A DNA stretch of 64,000 nt. Source: Deltaproteobacteria bacterium (GTDB taxonomy: Bacteria > Desulfobacterota > Syntrophobacteria > Syntrophobacterales > Thermodesulforhabdaceae). Numbering within the stretch: the stretch's first letter is position 1; every line of letters starts with the position of its first letter. The DNA lies in assembly GCA_019309115.1 (NCBI GenBank), contig JAFDGW010000006.1, positions 13,157 through 77,156 of the forward strand, read 5' to 3'. A program made the position numbers and the translations under genes. The notes beneath the pieces are model-generated. The model ran no database searches. It saw only the letters and a list, made by a program, of their open reading frames with translations, and had not been told where the DNA came from. Of this stretch, positions 55,286 through 64,000 are shown in pieces.

Positions 55286-55555
55286 ATGGAAGAGTCTAAG
55301 GGTGTTTGCTGGTTCCGAGATGGGAGGGTTCTGACGCCCAGGGAGGAGAAAATACTCGCTAGGATTAGAGAAGTAAGAGAAGAATATCACAAACTTAGAA
55401 GCCTTCGAGATGAATTAGCCAGGGAAGATCCTGATTCTTCAAAGCTGGATCGATTGGACGAAGAATTGAAGCGACTTAAAAAGGAACGAGCAAGGCTTGA
55501 CGAAGAGCGCCAGGATGCTGCTCGTGAGCGGATGAAATTGTTGGGTCATGAATAG
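55286..55555 (+). CDS. Small coiled-coil protein (89 aa)
   Basis: ORF starting 2 nt after the previous stop. The C-terminal two thirds are charged and helical. Confidence 0.35.
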   Translation: MEESKGVCWFRDGRVLTPREEKILARIREVREEYHKLRSLRDELAREDPDSSKLDRLDEELKRLKKERARLDEERQDAARERMKLLGHE

Positions 55556-55587
55556 TTTTTGAATTTGTGAAATTGGGTATTTTTTGC

Positions 55588-55615
55588 TTGACAGGGGTAA
55601 GGGACAAACTATAAT
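55588..55615 (+). promoter_or_regulatory. Near-consensus sigma-70 promoter of aprBA
   Basis: TTGACA, a 16-nt spacer, then TATAAT, about 110 nt upstream of the aprB ATG. Confidence 0.6.
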
Positions 55616-55727
55616 CACTTTGAAAAAAAATGCACAAATAGTGCATTAGAGCGTTGCTCCCGTTTGTTGGGAGGAGTTAACGGGGAACGGGCAGAAGGTA
55701 GGAGTTAACCATTTAGGAGGTGGAAGG

Positions 55728-56174
55728 ATGCCGAGTTATGTAATTCTCGAGAAATGTGACGGTTGCAAGGGGCAGGATAAAACAGCCTGTATGTACATTT
55801 GCCCCAATGACCTGATGGTACTCGACCAGGAGAGGATGAAAGCTTACAACCGCGAGCCCGAGTTGTGCTGGGAATGCTACAATTGCGTCAAGATTTGTCC
55901 TCAGCAGGCTGTAGACATTAGAAGTTATGCGGATTTTGTACCGCTTGGAGCGTCGGTTGTGCCCCTGAGAGGTTCTCAGGACATCATGTGGACCGTCAAG
56001 TTCAGGAATGGCGAAGTAAAAAGGTTCAAGTTCCCCATTCGTACTACCCCGGAAGGACAGGCTCAGCCCTGGCCGGATGAGTGGAAGACTGAAACGGACG
56101 ACATCAAGAGCCCGCTTCTTTGCACTGAGCCGGGATCCACTCTGGCAAGCGAACTGCCAACTTTGAAGAAGTAG
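55728..56174 (+). CDS. aprB: Adenylylsulfate (APS) reductase beta subunit
   Basis: MPSYVILEKCDGCKG...CMYICPNDLM...CWECYNCVKICP ferredoxin-like clusters, and the characteristic C-terminal tail. Confidence 0.95.
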   Translation: MPSYVILEKCDGCKGQDKTACMYICPNDLMVLDQERMKAYNREPELCWECYNCVKICPQQAVDIRSYADFVPLGASVVPLRGSQDIMWTVKFRNGEVKRFKFPIRTTPEGQAQPWPDEWKTETDDIKSPLLCTEPGSTLASELPTLKK

Positions 56175-56231
56175 GAAATTTTTGATGAAAGGCGTAGGAA
56201 GAGGATAGAGACACCTTAAGGAGGTGAAGAT

Positions 56232-58139
56232 ATGCAGCCTTTTGAAACTGTAGTGGTTGATACTGATCTTTTGATTCTTGGTGGCGGTATGTCCGCTTGT
56301 GGAGCTGCCTTTGAGGCGGCATACTGGGCTAAAAAACATGGTCTGAAGGTAACGGTCGTTGATAAGGCGGCTATGGACCGTTCTGGTGCCGTGGCCATGG
56401 GGCTTTCCGCTATCAACCAGTACATTGGTTATGGTAAAGGGCAGAATACCTGTGAAGACTATGTAAAATATGTACGTCAGGACCTCATGGGCATTTCCCG
56501 TGAAGACCTGGTTTACGACATTGCCCGCCATGTTGATTCCACGGTGCATTTGTTTGAGAAATGGGGACTTCCCATTTGGAAGGATGAAAAGGGCGAGTAC
56601 GTCCATGAGGGACGCTGGCAGATCATGATCAACGGTGAGTCTTACAAGGTTGTCGTGGCAGAAGCTGCTAAAAATGCTCTGGCAACGCTAGGTGACAAGG
56701 GCGAAATTTACGAGCGCGTATTTATCGTTGAGCCTTTGATGAACGGTGATACCTGTGTAGGTGCCGTTGGTTTCAGTGTTCGTGAACCCAAGTTCTACGT
56801 TTTCAAAGCGAAGGCTACTATCGTGTGCATGGGCGGTGCTGTGCATGTGTTCCGTCCGAGGTCAGTGGGTGAAGGTCTTGGTCGTGCCTGGTATCCGCCT
56901 TGGAACTGTGGCTCCTCCGCTTACTTCACCATTAAGGCCGGCGCTGAAATGACCTGTCAGGAAGTTCGTTTCATCCCTGTAAGGTTCAAGGATGGATACG
57001 GTCCTGTTGGTGCATGGTTCTTGTTGTTCAAGTCTCGTGCTACTAACGCATTCGGTGGCGAGTACATGGTTGAAAGGGCTGGCGAGCTTGAAAAGTGGGC
57101 ACCCTATGGAACAGGCAAACCCATTCCGGCCAACCTGAGGAACTGGCTCGGTATGGAAGATATTATGGAAGGTAAGGGTCCCATCTACATGAGGACCGAA
57201 GAAGCCATCGCTAACTTGGCTGCCGCTTACAAGGATGATCCGAAGGCATTCAAGCGGAAAATGAAAGAACTTGAAAACGAGGCATGGGAAGACTTTCTTG
57301 ACATGACCATTACTCAGTCGTTCCTGTGGGCAGCTACTAATGTTAAACCTGAAGAAAAGCCCTCAGAAATTGCAGCGGCCGAACCTTACTTCATTGGATC
57401 CCACTCCGGTGCATCCGGTGCATGGGTCTGTGGTCCTGAAGATCTGATGCCCGATGAATACAAAGAAATGTGGAAGGACATTGGAATCTACAACCGTATG
57501 AGCACAGTTAAGGGTCTGTTCTGCGCCGGTGACGCTTCGGGTGCTTCCAGTCATAAGTTCTCCTCTGGTTCTCACGCTGAAGGTCGTATTGCTGCTAAGG
57601 GTGCTATTGCTTACATCCTCGACAACAATCAGGCTCCTGAAGTTGATATGGGTAAGGTTGAACAGCTCAAAGAAACTATACTTAAGCCTCTGAAGATCTT
57701 CGAAGAGTATTCCGCACTCTCCAGCGATCCCGAAATTAACCCGAATTACGTCATGCCCAAGATGTTTATGTTCCGCCTCCAGAAGATCATGGACGAGTAC
57801 GCTGGTGGCGTAACCTCGCAGTTCACCACTAACAAACCGTTGCTCGAAAGGGCTCTTGAACTGTTGCAGTTCCTGAAAGAAGACTCTGAAAAGCTGGCGG
57901 CTCGCGATTTGCACGAGCTGATGAGGGCGTGGGAGAACGTACACCGTATGTGGATTGCTGAAAGCCACGTGCGTCATGTGCTGTTCCGCGAAGAGTCTCG
58001 TTGGCCTGGTTATTACTTCCGCGCTGACTATCCTAACATGGACGAGCAGAACTGGAGATGCTTTGTGAATTCCGTTTACAATCCTGAAACAGGTGAGTGG
58101 ACGTTGAAGAAGGTTCCCGTTGTAAATCTACCAGTCTAA
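56232..58139 (+). CDS. aprA: Adenylylsulfate (APS) reductase alpha subunit
   Basis: DLLILGGGMSACGAAFEA FAD fold. Length and sequence are typical of AprA, and it lies directly downstream of aprB. Confidence 0.95.
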   Translation: MQPFETVVVDTDLLILGGGMSACGAAFEAAYWAKKHGLKVTVVDKAAMDRSGAVAMGLSAINQYIGYGKGQNTCEDYVKYVRQDLMGISREDLVYDIARHVDSTVHLFEKWGLPIWKDEKGEYVHEGRWQIMINGESYKVVVAEAAKNALATLGDKGEIYERVFIVEPLMNGDTCVGAVGFSVREPKFYVFKAKATIVCMGGAVHVFRPRSVGEGLGRAWYPPWNCGSSAYFTIKAGAEMTCQEVRFIPVRFKDGYGPVGAWFLLFKSRATNAFGGEYMVERAGELEKWAPYGTGKPIPANLRNWLGMEDIMEGKGPIYMRTEEAIANLAAAYKDDPKAFKRKMKELENEAWEDFLDMTITQSFLWAATNVKPEEKPSEIAAAEPYFIGSHSGASGAWVCGPEDLMPDEYKEMWKDIGIYNRMSTVKGLFCAGDASGASSHKFSSGSHAEGRIAAKGAIAYILDNNQAPEVDMGKVEQLKETILKPLKIFEEYSALSSDPEINPNYVMPKMFMFRLQKIMDEYAGGVTSQFTTNKPLLERALELLQFLKEDSEKLAARDLHELMRAWENVHRMWIAESHVRHVLFREESRWPGYYFRADYPNMDEQNWRCFVNSVYNPETGEWTLKKVPVVNLPV

Positions 58140-58167
58140 GTAGGTTTGTATCTGTAAGGTGGTGAAA

Positions 58168-58203
58168 TAAAACCCCGGGGTTATAGTGGCCCCGGGGTTT
58201 TTT
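58168..58203 (+). terminator. Rho-independent terminator after aprA
   Basis: The ccccgggg/ccccgggg stem is extended by A:U pairs and followed by a T-run. Confidence 0.8.
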
Positions 58204-58288
58204 GTATGCAGATTTGCCCATTGTGAAAATCTGTGCTATTGGGTTGCCGGCTTGATGGTCAAAAACAGAAGATACTGGAGGGCTGAGG

Positions 58289-59548
58289 ATGACAGAGGCG
58301 ACTAATCGGAGCATTCTTGTTGTTGGCGGCGGAATGAGCGGACTTAGCGCCGCTGTGGAAGCTGCTGAGGCGGGATGTCATGTTTACATTGTGGAAAAAG
58401 AACCGTACCTTGGCGGCCGCGTTGCCAGAATGAACAAATACTTTCCGAAGCTTTGTCCTCCGTACTGTGGTCTCGAAATCAACTTCCGGAGGATCAAGAC
58501 CAATCCATTAATTAGGTTTTTTACCCTGTCTGAAGTCGTGGCAATTTCAGGTGAGCCGGGAAATTATACCGTCAGGGTTAGGGAAAATCCCAGGTATGTG
58601 AACGAAAAGTGTACGGCCTGTGGAAAATGTGAAGAGGCTGCCACAACAACTATTTCTAATCCGTTCAATTACGGTATAGACACTGTTAAGGCCATTTATT
58701 TGCCAAACGATTTTGCTTTCCCTTTCCGCTATGTGTTGGATCCTTCGGTGATAGGTACGGAGGAAGCCGAAAAGATTAAAAGTGCCTGTCCTTATGGTGC
58801 AATTGACCTCGATATGCAGCCTCGTGAATTTGAGCTTGTGGTAAGTGCCATAATCTGGGCTACAGGATGGCAGCCGTACGACGCGGAAAAGATTCTTTAT
58901 TACGGCTTTGGCAAGAATCCAGACGTTATCACCAATGTAATGATGGAGCGATACGCTTCGCCGGATGGGCCAACAGCAGGGCAGATTATTCAGCCATCAA
59001 CGGGTCAGCCGGCAAAAAAGGTGGCTTTTGTACAATGCGCCGGTTCCAGAGACGAAAACCATTTGCCTTACTGTTCCGGAGTATGTTGTCTTGCGTCACT
59101 GAAGCAGGCAACTTATGTACTGGAACAGTATGAAGATGCTCAGGTTTGCATCTATTATATAGACATAAGGGCCCTTGGCCGTTACGAAGATTTCTACAAC
59201 CGGGTGAAGGAGGATTCTCGGGTTTCGTTTATCAAAGGCAAAGCTGGTGAAATAAGACGTACCGAGTCTGGCAAGACGATGGTTCAGGCGGAAAATCAAA
59301 TTACCGGCGAGATTACCAGGGAAGAATACGATCTTGTTGTGCTGGCAACGGGAATGGTTCCTACTACGGCCGTTGATAAGCCTCCCGTTGATATTCCCGC
59401 AGATGAAAACGGCTTTTTACTGGAAACCAACGGCAATATCGGAATTATACCGGCAGGATGTGTTAAGCGTCCGGTGGATGTGGCTGCCTGTGTTCAGGAT
59501 GCAACGGCAGCGGCTCTAAAAGCTCTTCAGTTGACGGCGAGGAGGTAG
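58289..59548 (+). CDS. qmoA: Quinone-interacting membrane-bound oxidoreductase complex subunit A (HdrA-like flavoprotein)
   Basis: ILVVGGGMSGLSAAVEAAEAG. It is HdrA-like and sits immediately downstream of aprBA. Confidence 0.9.
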   Translation: MTEATNRSILVVGGGMSGLSAAVEAAEAGCHVYIVEKEPYLGGRVARMNKYFPKLCPPYCGLEINFRRIKTNPLIRFFTLSEVVAISGEPGNYTVRVRENPRYVNEKCTACGKCEEAATTTISNPFNYGIDTVKAIYLPNDFAFPFRYVLDPSVIGTEEAEKIKSACPYGAIDLDMQPREFELVVSAIIWATGWQPYDAEKILYYGFGKNPDVITNVMMERYASPDGPTAGQIIQPSTGQPAKKVAFVQCAGSRDENHLPYCSGVCCLASLKQATYVLEQYEDAQVCIYYIDIRALGRYEDFYNRVKEDSRVSFIKGKAGEIRRTESGKTMVQAENQITGEITREEYDLVVLATGMVPTTAVDKPPVDIPADENGFLLETNGNIGIIPAGCVKRPVDVAACVQDATAAALKALQLTARR

Positions 59549-59554
59549 GCGAAA

Positions 59555-61774
59555 ATGGAGAAGAAGGTAGGCGTTTATATATGTCAGGGATGTGGCATTG
59601 GTGATGCGCTGGATGTAGAGGCGCTCAAGTCGGTTGCAACGGACGAATTTGATGTTGCTGTCTGCAAAAGTCATGAATGTCTGTGTCATAAGCCGGGCAT
59701 TGAGCTCATAAAGAATGATATCAAAAGCGATGGGGTTAACGTGGTCGTAATAGCAGCCTGTTCACCTCGGGTCATGTACGACGTATTTGACTTCGGATCG
59801 GACAAAATCGTTGAGCGTGTTAATTTGAGAGAGCAGGTTGTGTGGTCTCATCCTCCGCAAGACGAAGATACACAGATGCTTGCCGAGGATCAACTCCGGA
59901 TGGGTCTTGCCAAAGCGGCCGAGGTGGAACTGCCCGAGCCGTTCGTTGCCGAGGATCTAAGCAAGAAGATTCTGGTCGTTGGCGGCGGGCTCACGGGAAT
60001 GGTTGCTGCACGAGAAGCTGCTAGGGCAGGGTATGACGTGGTGTTGGTGGAAAAAGAGCCTGAGTTAGGGGGGTATTTGAGGAAAATTTACAAGCTCCCA
60101 CCTGCAACCCCTCCTTATGAAAAACCTGAAGATGTAAAACTGGACGAGTTCGTTTCTGAAATAACTTCTCTGGACAAGGTCACCGTTTACACAAATGCAA
60201 CGGTGGCATCCATTGAAGGTGCTCCTTGCATGTTTGATGCTATTATTGTTCAAGGCAGCAAGGAGATTAAAGAGCGGGTAGGTGCCATAGTTCTAGCAAC
60301 CGGTGCAGTACCTTATGATGCTTCCAAGCTGGAACACTTGGGATTCGGCAAATATTCAGACGTGGTAACAATCCAGCAGGTCGAGGAGATGTTCCTTTCC
60401 GGTGAGGTCAAACGTCCTTCTAACGGTCAGCCTGTGAACAGCGTGGCTTTTATACTCTGTGCCGGATCAAGGGATCCTGAACATCTTCCATACTGCTCTT
60501 CAAGCTGTTGTGTGGAAGTTTTGAAACAAGTTTCCTATTTTAAAGAAAATAATCCCGACTGTACCGTTTACGTTTTTTATAAAGATCTTCGAGCCACTGG
60601 CGTTTACGAGCTCTTTTATAAACACCTGCAAAAGCAAAAAGTTTTCTTTATCAAAGGAGATGTTACTGGCATTGAAGACGATGGGTCGGGCAACCTTGTT
60701 TTGACCGCGGAAGATAATCTTACCCGTTCGCCGATAATGACGGAGGCTGTTGATTTGGTCGTTCTTGCGACTGGCATGGTTCCTACTACGGCTTTTGGAG
60801 AGCCATACAAAGCGCCGACGTCGGAGGAAGGTGAAGAAGTTGAAGAAGTTCCACCGGACACCATTTTGGTTTCGAACCTGTTAAACCTGAAGTACAGACA
60901 GGGTCCGGAGATTCCGGCTCTCAAATATGGATTTCCCGATTCCAACTTTATCTGTTTTCCTTATGAATCCCGTCGAACGGGAATCTATCCGGCCGGTTCC
61001 GTGAGATCGCCTATGGATTATGTACGTGCCATTGATGATGCTGCGGGTGCAGCTATGAAGGCTATTCAGTGTGTTGAGTTAACATCGCAAGGTAAAGCGG
61101 TGCATCCGAGAGCTGGAGACACAAGTTTTCCGGAATTTTTCATGCAAAGGTGTACTCAGTGTAAGCGGTGCACCGAGGAATGTCCGTTTGGAGCGATTAA
61201 CGAGGATGAGAAAGGCAACCCCCTTCCGAATCCTACTCGCTGTCGGCGCTGTGGAGTGTGCATGGGTGCCTGCCCTGAAAGGATAATATCTTTTAAAAAC
61301 TATTCGGTGGGCATGATCGGAAACATGATCAAAGTCATCAATGTTCCTGATGAATACGAGGAAAAACCACGAATCCTCGTGCTTGCTTGCGAAAACGATG
61401 CCTATCCCGCTCTGGATATGGCCGGGTTGCGCAGACTGCAGTACAACCCCTGGGTCAGGGTCATACCTCTGAGATGTCTCGGTTCGATGAACATTATCTG
61501 GATTGCCGATGCCCTTTCAAAAGGCATCGATGGTATTCTACTCTTGGGGTGCAAATATGGAGACGATTATCAGTGCCATTTCATTAAAGGTAGCGAACTG
61601 GCGAACGTTCGCATGAGCAAAATCAAGGAAACTCTTGACAGGCTTGTGCTTGAGTCGGAGCGGGTGAGGGTAGAAGAGGTTTCCATAACGGATTACCACA
61701 AACTTCCGAAGATACTCGATGAGTTTGCCGAAAAGCTGGAAGAGCTTGGACCGAATCCTTACAAGGGATTCTAG
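59555..61774 (+). CDS. qmoB: Qmo subunit B (HdrA-like flavoprotein with 2x[4Fe-4S] and an MvhD-like C-terminal domain)
   Basis: VVGGGLTGMVAAREAARAG, CTQCKRCTEECP, CRRCGVCMGACP, and the C-terminal LVLACENDAYPA MvhD-like segment. Confidence 0.9.
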   Translation: MEKKVGVYICQGCGIGDALDVEALKSVATDEFDVAVCKSHECLCHKPGIELIKNDIKSDGVNVVVIAACSPRVMYDVFDFGSDKIVERVNLREQVVWSHPPQDEDTQMLAEDQLRMGLAKAAEVELPEPFVAEDLSKKILVVGGGLTGMVAAREAARAGYDVVLVEKEPELGGYLRKIYKLPPATPPYEKPEDVKLDEFVSEITSLDKVTVYTNATVASIEGAPCMFDAIIVQGSKEIKERVGAIVLATGAVPYDASKLEHLGFGKYSDVVTIQQVEEMFLSGEVKRPSNGQPVNSVAFILCAGSRDPEHLPYCSSSCCVEVLKQVSYFKENNPDCTVYVFYKDLRATGVYELFYKHLQKQKVFFIKGDVTGIEDDGSGNLVLTAEDNLTRSPIMTEAVDLVVLATGMVPTTAFGEPYKAPTSEEGEEVEEVPPDTILVSNLLNLKYRQGPEIPALKYGFPDSNFICFPYESRRTGIYPAGSVRSPMDYVRAIDDAAGAAMKAIQCVELTSQGKAVHPRAGDTSFPEFFMQRCTQCKRCTEECPFGAINEDEKGNPLPNPTRCRRCGVCMGACPERIISFKNYSVGMIGNMIKVINVPDEYEEKPRILVLACENDAYPALDMAGLRRLQYNPWVRVIPLRCLGSMNIIWIADALSKGIDGILLLGCKYGDDYQCHFIKGSELANVRMSKIKETLDRLVLESERVRVEEVSITDYHKLPKILDEFAEKLEELGPNPYKGF

Positions 61775-61795
61775 CTTCATACGGAGGAGAAGGTG

Positions 61796-62962
61796 ATGGA
61801 ACCGAAATATGTGTCTCAGGAAATGCGAGATTACATCATCGAGATGGGTGCGGAAACCATAACCTGGTGTATGCAGTGCGGACTGTGCACCAACCTGTGC
61901 CCCTGGAGGCTGGTTCCCGGAGAGACCAGTGAAAAATTCAGTATAAGGCACATGCTACGCCTTGGGCAGATGGGCATGGAAGGCTTTGAAGATGAGACAG
62001 TGCTTTTTGCCTGTTCCACATGCGGGATGTGCCAGAGTAACTGTCCCAGAGGCGTAAAAATAATCGACAATGTGCGCTCCATGCGTGCCAGTATTGTGGG
62101 AGCGGGCATGGCTCCGGCTAATCTCAGGCCGATTCTGGGCAGTGCTCATGCCAACGGAAATCCGTGGTCTGGGCCTCGAGAAAAACGAACGGCCTGGCAG
62201 GAGGGGCTGGATGTGCCAAAATTTGGCCCCGACACGGAATATTTCCTCTTCGTTTGCTGTCATTCCTGTTACGATCCTCGTAGCACAAAAATTGCGCGCA
62301 GCATTGTCAAACTCCTCAAGAAGGCAGGAGTGAGTTTTGGAGTGATAGGTGAAGAAGAATCGTGTTGTGGTGAGAGTATAAGAAAGGTTGGCGATGAAGA
62401 ACTATTTCAGAAGTTGGCAAGTTCCAATATTTCCCTGTTCAACGACAGGGGTGTGAAGAAGATAATCACGACTTCCCCTCACTGCTACTGGACCTTCACG
62501 AACGAGTATCCAGAACTTGGTGGAGAATGGGAAGTCATTCATTATACCCAGTTGCTGGCTCAGCTCATTGAAGATGGCAAATTGAAGTTGTCAAAAGAGG
62601 TAACCCGCAAGATTGCATACCATGACCCGTGCTATCTTGGCCGGCATAGCGGTGTTTACGATGAGCCTCGTAAGTTGCTGAATTCTGTACCAGGCGTAGA
62701 GGCGATTGAATTGGAACGGTCGCGTGAGCTTAGTCTATGTTGTGCTGGTGGCGGTGGCAGAATATGGGCGGAAGTTCCTATGGGCGAGCGGTTTGGTGAG
62801 CTGAGGGTTCTTGATGCCATTGAGAAGGGTGCTGACATGCTGACCACGGCCTGTCCTTACTGCATGAACATGCTCCTCGATGCATGCAAGACCCTTGATA
62901 AACAGGATGTGCTGGAAATTACGGAACTTTCAGAAGTTCTCGCAGAAGCTGTAGAGGATTAA
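61796..62962 (+). CDS. Soluble HdrC/HdrB-type (HdrD/GlpC-like) iron-sulfur protein occupying the qmoC position
   Basis: Two 4Fe-4S motifs (CMQCGLCTNLCP and CSTCGMCQSNCP) plus two CCG-type Cys-rich domains (CCHSCYD..CCGES and CYLGR..CCAGGGG..CPYC). I saw no hydrophobic helices. Confidence 0.8.
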   Translation: MEPKYVSQEMRDYIIEMGAETITWCMQCGLCTNLCPWRLVPGETSEKFSIRHMLRLGQMGMEGFEDETVLFACSTCGMCQSNCPRGVKIIDNVRSMRASIVGAGMAPANLRPILGSAHANGNPWSGPREKRTAWQEGLDVPKFGPDTEYFLFVCCHSCYDPRSTKIARSIVKLLKKAGVSFGVIGEEESCCGESIRKVGDEELFQKLASSNISLFNDRGVKKIITTSPHCYWTFTNEYPELGGEWEVIHYTQLLAQLIEDGKLKLSKEVTRKIAYHDPCYLGRHSGVYDEPRKLLNSVPGVEAIELERSRELSLCCAGGGGRIWAEVPMGERFGELRVLDAIEKGADMLTTACPYCMNMLLDACKTLDKQDVLEITELSEVLAEAVED

Positions 62963-62980
62963 CCTTTATGATGCCCTGGG

Positions 62981-63014
62981 GTGCCCACCCTTACACAGGG
63001 TGGGCACTTTCTTC
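62981..63014 (+). terminator. Rho-independent terminator after the hdr-like gene
   Basis: The 10-bp stem gtgcccaccc/gggtgggcac is followed by tttcttc. Confidence 0.7.
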
Positions 63015-63053
63015 TAGCCTTACGGGTGCGTAAAAGGGGGAAGGATAATTTCA

Positions 63054-63767
63054 ATGAGTGAGCAGGAAGAACGAATTTTGACGGCTGAAGATACCTTGAA
63101 TTTTGACTGTCATGAAAATCTCCCTTGTTTCACGCATTGCTGCAGAGATGTAAATATTTATCTCACCCCCTACGATGTGCTGCGTATGAGGACCGCGCTG
63201 GGCATGGGATCATCAGAGTTCCTTAACCAATACACCCGTTCCTTCCTCGCGAAGGTTACCCATATTCCAGTAGTGCAGCTTCTTATGAATCCGGACACTC
63301 TTTATTGCTATTTTGTAACGGACTCCGGTTGCAAAATTTACAATGATCGTCCTTGGGCCTGTCGAATGTACCCACTGGACCTGCATCCCCACAAATCCGG
63401 CTGTTACAGGATAATAGCGGGAGCGGAAAAGTGCTTTGGTTTAAAGGAAAACAAGACATGGACGGTTGGGGAATGGCTGGCATCTCAGGGTGTGGGTCCC
63501 TATGATGAAATGGAACGCTTATACCAAAGTGTCCTTCCTGCCGGATTCAAACCTGGTAGTCCAATGGATGCCGGCCTGGGGAAGCTTCTTTTTTTGGCCT
63601 ACGATACGGATATTTTCCTTGAGATGTTGAAAGACAGTAAGTTCCGTAGATTGCATGGAATTGACGAAAAAGAGTTTGAAATTGCCTGCAGAGATGCAGA
63701 AGCCTTATTGCGTCTTGCTTTTGATTATATACGAGAACAATTACGGGAGTTATATCCCTTGACCTAA
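63054..63767 (+). CDS. YkgJ/UPF0153-family cysteine-cluster protein
   Basis: CHENLPCFTHCCRD...LTPYDVLRM and CYFVTDSGCKIYNDRPWACRMYP. Confidence 0.7.
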   Translation: MSEQEERILTAEDTLNFDCHENLPCFTHCCRDVNIYLTPYDVLRMRTALGMGSSEFLNQYTRSFLAKVTHIPVVQLLMNPDTLYCYFVTDSGCKIYNDRPWACRMYPLDLHPHKSGCYRIIAGAEKCFGLKENKTWTVGEWLASQGVGPYDEMERLYQSVLPAGFKPGSPMDAGLGKLLFLAYDTDIFLEMLKDSKFRRLHGIDEKEFEIACRDAEALLRLAFDYIREQLRELYPLT

Positions 63768-63779
63768 AGGATTTGAGTT

Positions 63780-64000
63780 GTGAAGGATGAAAGTAGTTTT
63801 TTGAAACCCCTTCGTCGAGGCGAAACGTTTCGGTTTGCCTGTCATCCTGGCGTTCCCTGTTTTACCGAGTGTTGTCGAGACCTCAGGTTGATGTTAACAC
63901 CTTACGATGTGCTGAAGCTGGCTGAAGGTTTGAAAATGTCCGTATCGGATTTTGTGGATAACTATACAAATCTAGAGTTTATGGAACCATCTGGCTTCCC
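63780..64000 (+). CDS. Second YkgJ/UPF0153-family cysteine-cluster protein (partial, runs off the window)
   Basis: Not in the ORF track because it is open-ended. The GTG at 63780 gives VKDESSFLKPLRRGETFRFACHPGVPCFTECCRDLRLMLTPYDVLKL, a paralog of the preceding gene. Confidence 0.6.
   Translation, partial: MKDESSFLKPLRRGETFRFACHPGVPCFTECCRDLRLMLTPYDVLKLAEGLKMSVSDFVDNYTNLEFMEPSGF

Noticed and set aside
55713-56606. 297-aa ORF antisense to aprB and the start of aprA. A similar 204-aa antisense ORF lies at 57363..57977.
   Set aside because: Both lie entirely opposite the unmistakable aprBA coding sequences. They have no recognisable motifs and no RBS. Long antisense ORFs are a common by-product of strong codon bias in highly expressed genes.
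1-64000. Search by eye for CRISPR arrays, IS elements, integrases, prophage genes, toxin-antitoxin pairs and known defence genes.
   Set aside because: I saw no regularly spaced direct repeats, no transposase or integrase-like ORFs (only the degenerate resolvase-like mini-ORF), and no terminal inverted repeats. The window looks like core chromosome rather than an accessory island.

Overview
Chromosomal window from a sulfate-reducing bacterium, identified by an aprBA-qmoAB dissimilatory APS-reductase locus at 55.7-63 kb. It holds about 60 densely packed, mostly housekeeping genes. These include a UvrD/AddA-like helicase (partial), an amino-acid ABC transporter, radA, an aroF-tyrA operon, split methylmalonyl-CoA mutase plus MeaB, an acyl-CoA synthetase, ileS-lspA, rpsT, rng-apbE, an RND efflux operon, a K+ channel with pspA, and era. 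I found no rRNA, tRNA, CRISPR array or convincing mobile element. The observations most worth follow-up are listed here. (1) An exact sigma-54 -24/-12 element (5805-5820) sits upstream of an orphan intrinsic terminator (5868-5901), which predicts a ~70-nt sRNA or attenuated leader carrying a CCUCCUC tract. (2) A 24-codon leader ORF contains YYYYYW and is followed by a strong terminator directly upstream of the DAHP synthase-prephenate dehydrogenase operon, which fits a tyrosine attenuator. (3) An orphan proteasome-beta/HslV-like Ntn-hydrolase is predicted to expose Thr1 after Met removal. (4) An operon encodes a radical-SAM enzyme, a double BcrA/HgdC-type ATPase and a dehydratase-like module of unknown function, and the radical-SAM enzyme has a second paralog elsewhere in the window. 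(5) In the qmo locus the membrane QmoC is replaced by a soluble HdrC/HdrB-type (HdrD-like) protein, followed by tandem YkgJ-type Cys-cluster genes. (6) A Trp-rich membrane protein with a four-fold LPQP repeat appears co-transcribed with an AMP-forming acyl-CoA synthetase. All functional calls rest on motif recognition by eye. No database search or RNA folding was run.
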